Assembly: GCA_043228905.1 (NCBI GenBank)
Contig: JBHGNT010000013.1
Location: 17,980,001-18,044,000, forward strand
Length of the DNA: 64,000 nucleotides
Source of the DNA: Azolla caroliniana
Taxonomy: Eukaryota > Plantae > Polypodiophyta
Direction: 5' to 3'
The notes below the pieces were generated by a model. That model did not search any database. It had not been told where the DNA came from and saw nothing but the letters and a program-made list of their open reading frames with translations. How positions within the stretch are numbered: the stretch's first letter is position 1; the number at the start of each line of letters is the position of its first letter. Below, in pieces: positions 27,366 to 40,900 of this stretch. The position numbers and the translations under genes were made by a program.

Positions 27366-28918
27366 ATGGGATTCAGACATACATCCATCCATATACATAC
27401 ATTCACATCCATATGATGGTATATATTGTTGTATGATCAGATATCTTGCAGATGGATTATGTATGTATATCTGTATAATTATTCTCCTCCCAAAAATGAA
27501 GTTTTTTATGTATCTAGGATTGATTGTTAATGGCCACATTACTCTACTGTGTTGTGGGTACTCTTGCTATTAGGCATAGGTGGACAGGGAGGTATGAAGC
27601 TCACCTGTGGGATAACAGCTGCAGGAAAGAAGGCCAAACTCGGAAGGGAAGACAAGGTGTGTAAATTTTGATTTGACCTGTTGCAGATTATTTCTCTCGA
27701 TTATTCAATTATCGAATTACAATTATATCTAATCCTTCAATTAATTAACCCTCTAATTCCTTTGGGTGAAATTAGCATTAAGACTTTGGCCTTTCAGTGC
27801 CTTAATCATATACACAACATACACATGTATGGCTTAATATGCATTATTTGGTCACATTTTCTGTTTCTCATGTATTATAATGTGCCAACATGAATTAACC
27901 AACTAATAATATCATTGATGTTGGTGCTGGTGATGGCGATGGCGATGGCATGAATTTTTCTGCAGTCTACTTGGGTATGCTATATTTTTCCATACATATA
28001 TAAATCTGTGCCCCTTTTTTCCATTAATTAATCCTATAATTAATTAGGAGCATTTGGAAAACAGAATTAAAATTTCTGAATGATCCCAGATTAATTATAG
28101 TGATAATCATGGGATTTAAATCCATAATTCTTAATCATAGGATTAATTATGCTTTAATGGGAGGATTAATAAATTTGGTGTTATATAAATAAATGGGGTG
28201 GTGTTAATTAAAATAGGTGGTTATGACAAGGAAGAGAAGGCAGCAAGGGCTTATGATCTCGCAGCTCTGAAGTATTGGGGAGCAACTACACACATCAATT
28301 TCCCGGTCAGTATTTGATTCAATCCTTCTTTTGGTCTGTCCCCTCATTAAATTTCGTGGGGTTCTTAGGATCCAAAGCTAAATTAGTGCCACGATTAATT
28401 AGGGGATTAGATTGGATTTATATGATTAGCTGAGCCTGTTGGATCATGATCGAGAGCGTCAAGATTTAAGAATCACATATTTCTGTCTTTAAATTTCTTT
28501 GAGTTTTCGTGTGGAATTCCTTCAAATTGTATCGTCCATAGATCTTGATATTTACATACATGTCTTATGGATGCATATGCAGGTGAGCACATATGAGAAG
28601 GAATTGGAGGAGATGAAGAGCATGACAAGGCAAGAGTATGTGGCATCATTAAGAAGGTAATTAGTTGCTAATTACCGGGGATTCTTTTAATTCACCTGCT
28701 CTTATAACTCATTCTTTCCATGTATTTTCATTAAAAAGAAAAGAAAACTGCTTTTTTTTTGACAATTTTGCAGAAAGAGCAGTGGGTTCTCAAGGGGGGC
28801 ATCAGTCTACCGTGGGGTAACAAGGTATATATATATTATACATAGATTATATCTGTATGTATAATAGGACTTTAGTTATGGAAATTAGGGACTTAAAATT
28901 GAATGTATTATTTGATAA

Positions 28919-28950
<32 letters not shown>

Positions 28951-30766
28951 ATGTTATTTAATAATTATGACATTTAATTGCTTCTTGCTTCTTCTGCAGG
29001 CATCACCAGCATGGCAGGTGGCAAGCTCGAATAGGGAGGGTTGCAGGCAACAAAGACCTGTACCTGGGAACATTTAGTAAGCCATCATACTCTTGAATCT
29101 CTAATGAAAATGAACAGTCTCCCGTTAATTATCATTTCTCATGTTCAATCATATAATCTTTTCCATTTCGATCCATTTAATCATGAATACTGCTTAAACC
29201 AATGATTGATTGATTCGAATTTTGATTGATGGATTGACTAGATGTCTTTTATATTTTTAGATAAATATATATACACTTAGGCATTAATTACATTATATAG
29301 CTAGAATTAGAAGTTAATGAAGCCTTCGCCTATTCTAGCTGATCGGTTTATAATATAGCAGCACGCTTTAGGAGCTTGATTAAGCTACCACATTAGCACC
29401 TAACTAGAATTGGTAGTTTAAAATTGTCAAGGGACTATCCTCATCAATTTTCCTGTACTAATATTAATAAAATTGAATTGAAATGACAAGGCTAGGCTCT
29501 CAATGAATATGTTTATATATATATATATATGATTATGACAAATTAACTAACAACAGATCATAGATGCTACTCTACCAAATATAGTAGTGTCACTACATCC
29601 GAAACTTAATTATGCTATAACTAAACTTAATTATGCCAAAATTAAACTTCATTATGCCAAAATTAAACTTAATTATGGCATAGTTAAACTTCATTATGCT
29701 ATATAATTAACTCTGATCATGCAACCTTGAAAGATGAAAAGCATATAAAGACAGATTTTCCTTACTAACTAGCACTGAGCATATGGAATTATTAGGCACC
29801 CAAGAGGAGGCTGCAGAGGCGTATGACATAGCTGCTATCAAGTTCCGAGGTGCCAATGCTGTGACAAACTTCGACACGACACGCTACGACATCAAGCGCA
29901 TCTGTGCAAGCTCTACGCTCCTTATCGGCGAGCAGGCCCGCAGAAACCCTAACCCTAATCCTGAGGCCAGCCTTATCCCTTACCCCAATGCTGCTAACAC
30001 TAGTCCTAACCCTTCTAACCCCACTACTAATTCTAGTCCCAACCCTAACCCTAATGCTAGCCAAAGTCCTAATTCTAATCCTAATGTTAACGACAGCCCT
30101 AACCCTAGCCCTAACCCTAATGCTAGCGATAGTCCTGATGATAATCCGGATCATAATAATGATGGCCGGCTTATAGGTAATGTCATTAGTAGCCCTCTCA
30201 ATGCAGAGGCTAGTAGCAGTACTAGCGACACTAATCATAACATCAATTACGTCGAGGGCAGTGCTACTATTCAGGACGTGAATCATGTTAGCACTAATCA
30301 AACAATTAATCATCAAGAACTTATCGCTCATCAGAGTCATGTTACCATTCAGCTGCCGGATGCAGATAACCAAAGCCTGAACGGAAAGAATGATATGATT
30401 AGCAAGCCTAAGACTACTTCTCTGGAGGCCACTAATTACGAGCTATTTAGCTATGCAGATCATCATCAGATCAGTAGCCATAACACTAATTCTGTTTTAC
30501 AGGATCTGGTGACAGGGTTAGAAAACCCTAATCCCAATAAGTCTATCAGAATGAATGACGGGTTGGAAGACGAAGAATTAGAAGAAGAAGAAGAAGAGGA
30601 AGAGGAAGAGGAAGAGGATGAAGAATTAGAAGAACGAGAAGGACAAGGAGAAGAAGCGGAAGAAGAAGAAGAAGAAGAAGAAGCTAATTCGAGAAGTTTA
30701 GTGCAGAGTAACTCGGCATTAACAGAGAGCCCAGGGAACCTGAGTGAAATTGACAATGGAAGCCCC

Positions 30767-30799
<33 letters not shown>

Positions 30800-31099
30800 A
30801 ATCATCAGATCTTGCATCAGAGAGGCAGTAATCAGGCCCAGATTAGCGTTAATCAAGGCCAGGGTAATCAAGCTCCTCCACTATATAACATGACTAATTA
30901 CAGCAACAACATTAATTACCCTCCTGCTAATCACCCTGCTAATCGTGGCTTAATCCATCCATGGATGATAAACCCTAACTCTAATACTACTGCCAACACC
31001 AATTCTAGTAGTACAAGTGACCATGTTCACACTAGGGCTGCTCTGGTCCCTGGCCACTTGCCCACCTTTGCAGTGTGGAATGACCATCATCACACATAA
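24403..31099 (+). CDS. ANT: euANT-lineage AP2 transcription factor (AINTEGUMENTA/AIL-like), ~1451 aa. Exons 24403-25099, 25271-27242, 27574-27656, 27966-27974, 28217-28305, 28583-28656, 28774-28824, 29000-29076, 29796-31099
   Basis: euANT motifs [16 protein letters not shown] and [14 protein letters not shown]. Two AP2 domains with the euANT insertion ([18 protein letters not shown]) and a C-terminal LPTFAVWND. All 8 introns are GT-AG; internal exons are 83/9/89/74/51/77 nt and the spliced 4356 nt is in frame. Confidence 0.93.
27966..27974 (+). other. 9-nt VYL micro-exon of ANT-like gene
   Basis: tgcag|TCTACTTGG|gtatgc restores RQ-VYL-GGYD in AP2 repeat 1. Confidence 0.92.
29602..29703. repeat. 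~5 x 21-bp minisatellite in ANT intron 8
   Basis: Repeated AAACTT(A/C)ATTATG(C/G)...(A/G)TT units. Confidence 0.85.
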
Positions 31100-33333
31100 A
31101 AACCCACCCCCAAAATAGAAGGGAGGGAAAGTTCTTACCGCCCTCCTACTTGGGTGGAGATTTAGTGCAAAACAAGGGATTAGTTTAACTAATCTCACTC
31201 AATTAGTGGCTAATCTCAGCACCATTAGCACTAATCTATCTCCAAGAACTCTTATCCCAAGCTATGTATGGGGCCTGGGCCATCCATCTGCACCTACTTC
31301 TATCTACTCTACTCTACTTAAAGTTACAATGATAGTCATATCATCAACATTCTAATCCCCACATTGGGCTCCCCTTTTCCAAAACAATAAGAGAAACCTT
31401 CGCGAGTGCTCGTTTTGTATTCCTTTGAACCTCGATTCCACGCCGTCACATTACATTTTTACCTTAAACCTTTCACATCCTCGACAATATTTATTCCTCT
31501 CAGCCAAATCTAACCTCTTCTTTAACTTGCCCAATTGATTCGGTTTGCTTAGGGCTCCTTCACTTAATTAACCTAGTCTTTGTATCTAATCCAAAGTATA
31601 GCCTTGTAGTATACTACTGCTAGACGGTTTCATTCTGCTTAAATTTATGGTGCTCCTCTTTTTGGTGGAATATTTGACAATTTGTTACATAAATGACAAC
31701 TTCATCTTTTACTAGGATATTTTCTCTCTGCATTTGTGCTATTACTATTGCTAGACATTTCCTCTTGTTCCCAATTCACTGTGTTTTTGTGTGAAGTATG
31801 ATACGTCATCATAAGTCGATGGGAATTTCATTCTTTTAACACTTGAATCGTGTTCAACATTCATTAAATATACATCATGCATACCAAACACCCCTCTTCT
31901 TTGAAAGGCTTTTGTTTTGACTTTCAGAGTTATGGTTACAACTTACAATCTCTAATATCCTGGTTGTCACACCAGAAAGGGTTGTGTTTCATTTTCAACT
32001 TATAGTTACAATCTCAGATATCCTGATTATCACACTATTGATGCACCATCAAATTAGTCACAACATCAAAAATATGATTGTATTCCATGCATTGGGTATT
32101 ATGATTGTAGGTTTTGTGGCACAGTTGCTCCACAGAGTAGACACTAATGTGGTATCCAAATTCTCTTGTACAGATATCCATGTACACAGTAAGTTCCAGT
32201 TCTTCACAAGGATATTAAGGAAGATCTCTAATAACCAAATATTGATGAGGAACCCAGACATTTTGAAAAAGTTCCAATGATTTTGGTTTGGAGATACATG
32301 TGAATGTTTGTTAAATAACATGTCCAAACTTGAACTAAATCAGGTAAAAGTCCTAGTTGTCAAACTCACTTTTCACCTTCCATGTTAGTACCAACATATG
32401 CGCACTCCATTAGTCTTAACCTTCATACCACATGTAAGATGAAAAATGCTCAAATTGGTTATGTATAATTCCCTTATATACGTAGCTACATGACAAACAA
32501 CCCACTATTATTACAACCCAAGTCACCTAATACAAGCAGCAGTTCACAATAATTCTTTTCTCCCAAAGTCATGAACCTTAGAATCAAAGTCATAAAATTC
32601 AGAGAACCTATGTTTGATCCTTGCCATGGGATAAGCTCAGTCTCATACATCAAAATTGATTTCATGTGGATGTTAAAGAACATATCTATATATCTATCAT
32701 GAAGCCTCCCACTGTGCATTTCATGAAAATTTTATAATATAATATAGGTGCTTAATCCCCCCCATGTGTACTACTACTATGTATAGATCAGGGTCGTTGA
32801 GTCTCATTTGCAACACAGATGCATCATTGCCATGAGGCATCTACGCGAAGACATCGATCAGGCATGACTATCCAAAGGCAAATTAAGTAAAATTTTAGGG
32901 AATAAGAGAATGTAGAAGCCCTAAACCCTAGTAATCTAAACATCATCTCACACCATCTAGATCTGACCTGAGCATGATGCAGAGAAGTACTCTCAGCCTT
33001 ACAGTAAAACCACATGTAGCTTCAAAATTTAGAACTCTATTCCATGGCTCTCCATATAAGAAGCCGCAATATAAACGTTTCAATGAAAACTGTCCTGGCA
33101 GAAGATAAAAAACCGCACTGTTTTGCCAGGGTTAGTAAAATTGTCACCACATCTTTCCCACTTTTGGGAAATTATGAACATAAAAATTCCGGTTTTCTTT
33201 CCAAAAGGGATTTTTTGTTATCGAGGGGCATATGAAATAGAGTATATCCAACAATGGTGTGGTTGATGGGAGACAATTATATTCAATAAATACCAACTAA
33301 CAAAATAATTGCCGCTAATATTAACTCTTCCTC

Positions 33334-36033
33334 TCAGCCAATCAATGTTGGTTGCTTCAACTGAAAATCATCAAAAAAATGTTCGTTAAGATAATTAACC
33401 TTCAGAGACGCATCATTAACCTCAAAAGAGAATAGTTTCACACTCACCGTGCCTTCTAGCTCTTCTGCATTTTGGTCATTGAATCCAAGTGCAGCAAGAA
33501 TCAATTGACCTGCTGATCCTTTTTGTGCCCAAATGCCAAGAAGCAGGTGGGTTGCTGTCACCTCACCATTGTCCCCTGCACAAAAAAATAATAGGGACAT
33601 TCATCTTGAATTCCAAGACACACTGATGACATGATACAACATGTGTCTATAATTCGATGGTGAAACCTCATTCTCTCTTTTGCATGCATTTAGAGGAGAA
33701 AAGAAATGCATGCCTGTCTTTTGTTTCTCATTGACAGCCCAATCAAGAGCCTTTTGAGCAGGTTCAGTCAATGGAGGATGTTCTGGGCTGAAAAAATACA
33801 TGTCGGCTTTTCCCAAGAGCTTGATAGACTCCTCCCGAACTCCAAAAAGTGTAATACCATGTGCACGTAAGTATCTTGCAGCCTGACTGGTACCTGCACA
33901 CATATGTTCAATATGTCACAATTATCTAGTTGCATAATGGATGACAGCATTTCATGGTTGAAACTATCAAAAAGGCAGGGACAAACAAAACTCATTAGCA
34001 AAAAGTACATTATTTTGGCAATTTAAAGATTTTTCATTCCACATATTATGCAGGTAGATATAAGGGTATAGAGTTAGTGGCACAAGTCCAATTAAAACAA
34101 GAGCTTTCATTTCACAACGAATGATAGTCCTGAAATTCTAAAATAAACCAAACACGTGTTTTTAATAATAACACATTATGCAAAGAGAGGGCCGTTTCAA
34201 ATCGTACGCTTGATGACATCACATTATACACACAACAGGGCAAAATATCTTCCAGCAAGTGAAAACTATCACCCTCTACATTTTCTGCAGTTCAACTCTG
34301 GTTTTATGTAATGGAAATTGCAATGTTGTTATTAACATGAACTATCTGAATTCTCAAAACAGTAAGAAAATACCTTCAGTTAGCAGGCCCATTAGGATAG
34401 TCTCTGTGCCTGTATTTGGGTATTTCAGCTTTCTTGCCTCCAGCTCTGCCATACTGTATGACTTAATAGCCCTGGCAGACCATCTACCCATCCTTGCAAA
34501 ACCAACTTTCACAATGAAAATTTATTCCACATAGAAGTACAATAGTCACTTTTAAACATGAAACTTTATGTCCAATTCATCCTAGAGGTAAATGGTTTTA
34601 CTTTGGCTGGTTCCCGCTCGATGCCCTTTGCGGATCTCTACATAGATAAAGTCATCACGTCAAATTGCAATCCAAAGTGTGAAAGTTTATTAAGATTGGA
34701 TTTACTTATATAGGAGATGTAATCAGAAATAGATATATAAGTCTCAAATTCATAGGTCTCTATTTAATAAAACATTCAAGTACTTCACTTTCATGGTTCA
34801 CTATATCAATTTGCAATCCAAACAATGAAATTTACCAAGATTACCAATGCTTTCCATTGGAGATGATAAATAGAAATTTCATATTTATGATACTCATTTC
34901 AATCAAAGATTAGAGATTACTTTTTCCATGGTACACTGCACCATGATTAAAATTGGAGTCCAAACAATTATATCTAGCAAGATTACCATCATTTACAAAG
35001 AATATACAAACTGTTCTAAAGATTGGGGTTGCTTTAGTTTCGTGGCTTAGTATTACAAATTGCAATTCAAATGATGAAAATTTATCAAGACTGCCATTGC
35101 TTTACATAGCAGATAGAACTTGCTGCTTTCTTTAGGCGAGGGTTACTCTACTATCACGATTCACAGTTCACCATATGCAATTTATCCAGATTAGCATGCT
35201 TTGCATAAGAAAGTGATATGCAGATTTTGAAATCTAAGGTTTTAAAGATTCAGATTGCTTTTACTTCCAATATTCACCATGTCAATTTGCATCCAAACTA
35301 TGAAAATTTACCAATATGGGCATGATTGACATGCAAATTCGTTGTTCTCAGTTCGATTGAAAATTTGGAGTTACTTTTATTCTCAAGGTTCAGCATATCA
35401 AATTGCAATCTAAACCACCAAAATTTAGCAAGATCGGCAAGCTATATATTTGCAAGTCATTGTTCTCAGCTTAATTTAAAGATTGGGCTTACTTTCACCC
35501 TTATGATTCATCAAATTGAAATATAAATGAACAAAATTTAGCAAGATTGGCATGCTATATACGAAAATTCATCGTTCTCAGCTCAATTAAAGATTAGGCT
35601 TACTTTCACTCTCATGGTTCTCTATACCAAAATTTCAACGCAAATAATGAAATTTCATCAAGATTAGCAAGCATTGTATTCAAATTCCCTGTTCTAGACT
35701 CAAACTAAAGACTAGGGTTACCTTTCTGTTTCATGGTTGTTAACACTCCAGACATAAAGTATGAAAATAAAACCACCAAAAGGAAAGAAAAGAAAACCAC
35801 TGCAAGACTTACTGCGATGGAAGCATCATTCGGATGGAAGTACAGTGTCTGCTCCTCGTTATCTGAGTAGAAGAACGAGGGAGAAGAAACCAAAGAGATG
35901 CGGGCATAGGGGAGCGCAACCAGGGAGAGGAAACAGAAAGAGTTGAGGAAGGTTGGATGGGTTTCGGGTTCAGGTGGGTCGAAGGGGAGGCCATCGACAG
36001 TATCGACGAAGAGCTCGCGCCCACCATAGCCAT
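33334..36033 (-). CDS. CLPT: Plastid Clp protease accessory subunit ClpT (double Clp-N motif), ~233 aa. Exons 36033-35813, 34637-34602, 34483-34374, 33893-33714, 33575-33448, 33360-33334
   Basis: Ser/Pro-rich transit peptide, PKWSARAIKSYSMAELEARKLKYPNTGTE, LGKADMYFFSPEHPPLTEPAQKAL (MYFF motif) and HLLLGIWAQKGSAG. Spliced 702 nt is in frame; intron 4 uses a GC donor. Confidence 0.93.
34655..35760. repeat. Diverged tandem array (~9 units of ~110-145 bp) filling ClpT intron 1
   Basis: Recurring CAAATTGCAATCCAAA...AAATTTA(G/C)CAAGATT motif at about 34661, 34807, 34950, 35056, 35178, 35282, 35399, 35512 and 35630. Confidence 0.75.
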
Positions 36034-36142
36034 TGGAGCTCAAGAACAGGATTGAAGGTATCTATGTATGTGTGTATGTATTTGTATATGTATGTATGTA
36101 TGTCTATGTACATACATATATATATATATGTGTGTGTGTGTG

Positions 36143-36173
<31 letters not shown>

Positions 36174-36280
36174 CTATGTACATACATATATATATATATA
36201 TATGTATATGTATGTGTGTATGTGTATGTGTGTGTGTGTATTGGGGGTGGAGGGGGATTCCATATGTATGTATGTATGTA

Positions 36281-36316
<36 letters not shown>

Positions 36317-37346
36317 GCTTTCTCCAAATGGCACTCTGCTCTGTGTTTGTCTACCAAATGCATGTTGTAATTCTCGTGATATCTCTGGGCCGACCTATCT
36401 ACTACAATCTTTTCTTCTGATGCTTTTAGTTTGATTGAATATGGGAAACCTCGAGCTCCCGAGCTCCTTTGGGTTTCCCCACATACAAGGAGTGGTTCAA
36501 ACATATCGCATGTAATAAACATTGCATCCGTCAGTGAGTTCAAGACATACATGAATTTCAAACACATGAAACCCTCGTTGCCTGCATGGTATCCAACTCA
36601 ACCATTTGTTAAAAATTTAGGTAGCTTACTATTATTTGATGAATGATTTGGAAATATGTTTGAATTGCAACATGAATAACAATAAGAGGATTAGCTGACT
36701 ATGTGGGCCACATACATTAGCCTTTAACAATCCCCAATGTGCTTTGAGCCCATTAGGCACACATTCTTTAGGTGATGTGATCTCCATAATGTATGTCTTA
36801 GAGCCCTTGCACCACATCAATTATCCTCTTGCTTATCATGTCTAGAAGCCGGGATGAAATTGTGATGTGATGAAGCTTTAGCATGATGGTGTAATAATAA
36901 AACATATGTTTTGTACTCTTAAGAGTATTATGATCCAATCTTTAAATGATGGATCTATAATTTTTTATCGTAAAATCATTAACGTGTTTGGTTTAGCATA
37001 GTGCAAGAGACACTTTCATAATACTTCTTTCCTAAGAGTAACACTTATCCATGTTCCAAACACAGGTACACTACTAACTTCACAAAGATTGCTTAAAGTT
37101 TTTTCTACAACACATGTGGCAAACATTAGAAATCCAAGTCCTAATATGTATTGACAAGAACAAATTTGCTTTGTAAAGCCATTGTCCACAACCACTTCCT
37201 TATTATTGAAATTGACAACAATGTTGAAGAAATTTTTATTGCTAGATGATGGGTTAATTTCTTTTGAATGTGTTAGTGTTGACATTTGTTTCTAGAAAAT
37301 CAAACATTATACAACAAGATTGTGTTTGTGACAACATTCTACACAC

Positions 37347-37456
37347 TTGAATTGCTCTTCACTGCTTTATAACTAGTGCTCAACCATGCACTACAATTGA
37401 ATTGCTCTTCATTGCATTATAACTAGTGATCAACCACACACTACAATTGAATTTGC
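37347..37456. repeat. 50-bp tandem duplication (~2.2 copies)
   Basis: TTGAATTGCTCTTCA... at 37347 and 37397, partial at 37447. Confidence 0.85.
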
Positions 37457-37996
37457 TCAACCATGGTTTGAAAGCAAAGTACTTGATCTCAAATGCATGG
37501 AACAGATTACTGAATGTTACATTGCAATTGAGGTTTTGCTCAACACTACCAATGAATTACATCAATGCTTGAAATTGCATCAAGACTGCCAATGAAATGG
37601 ACTTGGTTTTCAATAGATGTTGACGCAATTTATCTTTGTGGATATTATTTTTCTTAAATCACCTAGTTTACTAATGTGCTGAGATTTCTCAACCAAATGG
37701 TTATGTTCCACTACTTTTGATGTAAATAGAAGCACTCTTTAAGCATATGAAATATTTGAATGATATATATTTGACAGGTTACAAATGAATATAACACTTA
37801 CAACATTGTAAAATTTCAGTTACCCAACATGCTCCTTAATATTTTAGATAAATTTGTTTGAAATATTCTTCTCTTCGATCTTTCTCATCTACTAAATGTC
37901 ACAAGGGTTTCAATTTCAAGACTTTTGTGTGTTTGGCTTTTCGGAATTGAAAAGTTCCAGGTTTTTTATTCTTGTTTTTGTGGTGGTGGAGAGTCT

Positions 37997-40900
37997 CTAG
38001 CAGTATATATTAGCGAAGTTATTTGTGAGTTTCATCTTCCTCTTTGCTACATTCCTTTCCCAAGTTAACTTCATAGTCCCTTCTAAGGTTCCTGCTGGAC
38101 ATCCCCTGTACGAAAGCTCAACAATAAAATCAGCTTTGCCTTTTCTTTTGAATGCAACCACCGCGTCTCTTAATGGAATCACCCCATATCCTAACCAAAA
38201 AGAAAACAATTCAATACACAAAAGAAAAAACAGAAAACTTCAAATATTAACCCACACTAACTCCTAGACATTTGTTTTGGGCTTTTTACCTAGAACATTA
38301 TCTGATGATTTAACAAAGTCATGGTCCACAATGCGAACCATAAGATACTCCTTTTCCAACCTTTGTAGCGCAAATGTATTAAGGATTAATGTTGGAAGGT
38401 CCTGGAAAAAAAAAGCCAGTTTTTTATCAGCAATTTTTTATCATACAATGACCCATAAAGCAAAAGACAAACAAGAAATATATGTATCACCTTGAGAGGA
38501 TTCCAAACTGGGTTTAGATTCTTGAATCTGACCGTTGTATAGGCTTCTTCAAATAAGTTGGGGCCAAGAAATGAAACAAACCTGGCAGAACAAGCTGGGA
38601 TTAAAATAGTGAAAAAATCCTTCACAGTTACACACTTAATCTGTTCATTTAGGTCAGAAGGCTAAACAAAATGCTTAGAAATACTATGCCACAAAACGCT
38701 TGCTTTACTCCAACAACTTTGAAATTTGATGCAACATGTACCATGCATCAATGCATGTATGAATGTATAATTATGCATGGATGTATACATATGCATAAAT
38801 GGATGTATGTAAAATATATTTATCCATTACATCTACCAGGAAGGCCTATATCAAGCTCTTATTCCAGTGAGTTCATCCTTCTGATTCTGATTCTCCTCTT
38901 GTAGTTTGAGCAACTTTTGCAGTTGCGACATCCATCTAAGATGTCATGGTTAATATAATTTAGCTGTCTCTTTCTTTCATGACACTGACAGTGACCATCG
39001 ATACTAAATCTGACAACTTGTTTCCATATTTTCTATGGTAGGGTATACAGTCCTCAGGAATGAGACTTTGGGCCATACAAGAAACATGGACTGTAGAATA
39101 TATACTATAATAAAAAGTTATTGCATATGATTAACCCATAAAATTTTGGTATTGTTTGAATAACTTTAATTATCTGAGGGGGATGGAGGATGCCAGTCTC
39201 CATTTCTTCAAGTGCAAGGGACAGCTGGGTATATTTTCAGTTAAAATCTAGGGGTGTCTTCAAATGGCATTACTCATGGTTGCATGTAAGTTGAAGTATT
39301 GCAGCCTATCACAATGAACTCATGAACTTCTTCCACTGAACTGAAGCCCTGTTTAGAAAGAGAAGGCAGGGAATTCTAAGAACAATTGAGAAGAAATTTA
39401 TCTTTGTTCCCGATATCTGTAGGCAATGCAGTCGACTTTCTAAGAAAGATCATGTATTGCTCTCCACCTTTCTTGACACTTCAAGCTACATTTCAATGGC
39501 AGATTGAAACCAGACTGAGAAACTTTCCGAGGGCAGAAAGACTCCAATCGGATCACCAATTTAGCTTAATTTCACCAGTCTTAAGTTTTTTATATAAGTG
39601 ACAAAAGGACATCTTAAGTTTTTTATCACACTATGACTTAATTTCACATCCAGGAAGCTAGATTGCCATTGACACCCTATTGGCAACAAAGGCTGACAAT
39701 CCTTTAGGTATTTCTTTTATTGATTAAATAGAGGATGATTGGATCAGATCTAACAAAAATCTTGGTAACACAGCCACATATTTTGAGCCTATTTCTACAA
39801 CTAAAACCCATATGTAGAACTTCTAAAGTATTCTCCATTGAGCATACATGCAAAGAAAGTAGACCAGCTATAATTCCTGTTGATTTTCGTCCTCTAAAAT
39901 GGGTTTCAATTATTTTAAGACTGAATTTCGAATTATGAGCATTTGAACAAGTGTTTTCCAAGTAACTTACGGATCAGAATAACCATTGATATTTGATGCC
40001 CTCAAATTCCTTGCTCGAAGCACAGTGAACTGAAAATCCATTTTCAAAAAGCCTTTTTTAATTTGGAAAGACCCAAACAAATCCACTTGATATTGTAAAA
40101 AGGTAATGCCTCCAAATTATGCAGTGGAAGGTTTAAGATCCTTACTCGGAGATGCCACCGTTTGTCATCCTCATCAAGATCATTCAAGGAATTACACGGA
40201 AGGGCATATGCAATTAATGAGAATGTTGCTGCTACAGGTTTGTGGTCACTGCCATCACTCATTACAAGTTGGCATTGAAGATACTACGTTATTACATGTA
40301 GAGGACTCTATAATAAATAAAGTATACCTTGATGTAATACTTGGTGCTGATGTATAAGAGAGCTGGTTTACATCACAGCCAGCAAGTGATGACCAGAGAA
40401 TTCTATCACACCATGCAGGAAATCTTTTTGCATCATAAGTTTCTTCTAGCTCCTTTTTCATCTATTGGCAGTATCTCCAAAAGGATGAAACTAATTAAAG
40501 TATTCAGCATTACATCACTTAAAAAACCAGCCCCTTACCTTGAATGTTGGCGGAAAGGTTATCTGCCCCTCTTTAAATGAATAGAACGCTCTTTTTGCCT
40601 CTTTTTCTTTATTAAGCTGTTCGGGCAGAGATTTTTATATATATAATAATGGATACCAATTATTTAAGCATATCCATCAGAGCATCAGTGCCTTTACCTC
40701 ATCAAACGGAAGCAAATTTTGAAAGTTTCTCTCTTGAATTTGTTCAACCACAGTGTCCCAAGCAGTCTTCCTGTTAACCACACGAAAAATGTTAGTAGGA
40801 TGTCGAATCGTGATTTGACCAAGGAGTTTGAATAGCAAAAACTTATGTCTTACTCCACTGTCTTGCTGTTTTCATCAGAAGATTCAAAATCAAGCCGATA

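Noticed and set aside
27243-27573. C-terminal tail of the 748-aa ORF (YILHQRHRF...)
   Set aside because: Read-through into intron 2; the AP2 domain continues at 27574.
24138-30756. Antisense ORFs over ANT exons (24138-24620, 25564-25887, 29792-30373, 30466-30756)
   Set aside because: Shadow frames of trinucleotide-repeat-rich coding sequence.
34655-35760. Repeat array as a CRISPR-like locus
   Set aside because: Whole units are homologous and diverged, with no identical repeats or unique spacers; it lies in a eukaryotic intron and there are no cas genes.
35953-36567. Several 100-175 aa ORFs (VCMYVC/THTHI) on both strands, and similar ones at 11625, 16917, 23329 and 63143
   Set aside because: Translations of TG/TA/TATG/GA microsatellites; no coding signal.
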